Shown piece after piece: positions 62,895-64,000 of a DNA stretch of 64,000 nt. Source of the stretch: an uncultured Pelagibacteraceae bacterium (GTDB lineage Bacteria > Pseudomonadota > Alphaproteobacteria > Pelagibacterales > AG-422-B15). Made by a program: the position numbers and the translations under genes. Below the pieces are notes generated by a model. That model searched no databases. It was given only the letters and a program-made list of their open reading frames with translations, and was not told where the DNA came from. Every line of letters begins with the position of its first letter. Position 1 is the first letter of the stretch. The stretch is taken from NCBI GenBank assembly GCA_902598405.1, contig CACKBQ010000004.1:2756-66755 (forward strand), in the 5' to 3' direction.

Positions 62895-64000
62895 ATGGGA
62901 TTAGGAAACGTATCTATAGGGAGCACTTATCCAGAGGTAAGTAGAGACGAAATGCTCTCAAAATTAAATAAATTAAAACAACCATTTTTAAAAAACTTCA
63001 ACCCAGATTTAAATGTACGTATTGATCGTATAAAAAGAATACAAACTTTAGTTGAGGAAAATATAGATGCTTTTCACGACGCGTTAAGATCTGATTTTGG
63101 CACACGACATGAACAGTTAAGCCTAATGGCTGACACAATGCCTGTAATTAATAATGCAAAAGACGCCTTAAAAAACATTAAAAGATGGGTTAAGCCTGAT
63201 AAGCGAAAACCTAACTTTCCATTGGGATTACTTGGCGCAAAAGCTTATGTTCAATTCCAGCCTTATGGAGTAGTTGGTGTTATTTCTCCTTGGAACTTCC
63301 CACTAACTCTAAGTATTGCGCCTTTAATAGAAATATTTGCAGCTGGAAATAATGCAATGATGAAGCTCTCAGAGTTCGTTCCAGCAACCTCTGAATTAAC
63401 TGAAGAACTTATTAATAAATTTTTTAGTGATGAAGAAGTTGTTATAGTAAATGGAGGCCCTCAAACCTCTCAAGATTTTGCAGGATTACCATTTGATCAT
63501 CTGCTTTTCACTGGATCAACAAATGTAGCTAAAAAAGTTGCATCTGAGGCAGCATCAAATTTAGTGCCGCTTACTCTTGAATTAGGTGGCAAGTCACCAG
63601 TAATAGTTGGTCCAAATGCCAAAATGAAAAAAAGTGTTGATAAGATAATGATGGGAAAGCTCTTAAATGGAGGGCAAATTTGCATATCACCTGATTATGT
63701 AATGGTTCCTGAGGGGCAAACAGATGAATTTGTTGATCACGCAAAATCCCATGTTAGTGAAAATTATCCAACGATAAAAAATAATCCCGATTATACATCC
63801 ATAATTCATTTGAATCACTACGAGAGACTTCGTGAACTAGTAAAAGATGCTGAGTCAAAGGGAGCTACTATTGTAGAAATAAACCCCGCAAATGAAGACC
63901 TTTCACAACAATGCAAATTTGCCCTCCATTTAAGAGCTTTCCCATCATTATATTACCAACATTGGTTTTAAATCCAACTGATGATATGAAGATTATGCAG
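62895..64000 (+). CDS. calB: Coniferyl aldehyde dehydrogenase-like ALDH, frameshifted near 63911-63951 and running off the window
   Basis: SPWNFP, FTGS, LELGGKSP, GQICISPDY. The ALDH sequence (ILPTLVLNPTDDMKIMQ) resumes in another frame at 63950. Confidence 0.8.
63645..63951. repeat. Perfect 41-bp inverted repeat pair (63645-63685 and 63911-63951)
   Basis: ATAATGATGGGAAAGCTCTTAAATGGAGGGCAAATTTGCAT is the exact reverse complement of 63911-63951. Confidence 0.97.

Overview
AT-rich, very tightly packed chromosomal segment of a streamlined marine-type alphaproteobacterium (SAR11/HIMB59-like in content and gene order; exact taxon cannot be assigned from this window). The left half (1-33.6 kb) is accessory and sulfur-centred. 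It holds aprM-aprB-aprA plus an unknown fourth gene, facing a small APS-kinase-like and HIGH-family nucleotidyltransferase pair. It also holds a divergent sulfatase/aromatic-catabolism cluster, a beta-oxidation pair, an omega-aminotransferase-GcvT-family dehydrogenase-xsc cluster with ald nearby, and a polyamine-type ABC transporter with a ureohydrolase. The right half is mostly the conserved alphaproteobacterial core order (xth, dgt, argS, nagZ, scpAB, tatABC, serS, surE, yajC-secDF, uvrA, ssb, gyrA, coaD, ppi, queA, tgt), interrupted by a Fur-box-controlled iron module. I saw no rRNA, tRNA, CRISPR, transposase or integrase. Best leads: (1) a possible minimal split ATP-sulfurylase/APS-kinase module next to apr; (2) a possible N-methyltaurine/substituted-taurine pathway feeding sulfite to Apr; (3) an aryl-sulfate catabolic island; (4) a two-state RNA hairpin over the peroxiredoxin RBS in the iron operon; (5) a SPOR-less mini-FtsN; (6) a perfect 41-nt inverted insert that frameshifts the final aldehyde dehydrogenase. 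All functional calls come from motif recognition by eye; no searches were run.
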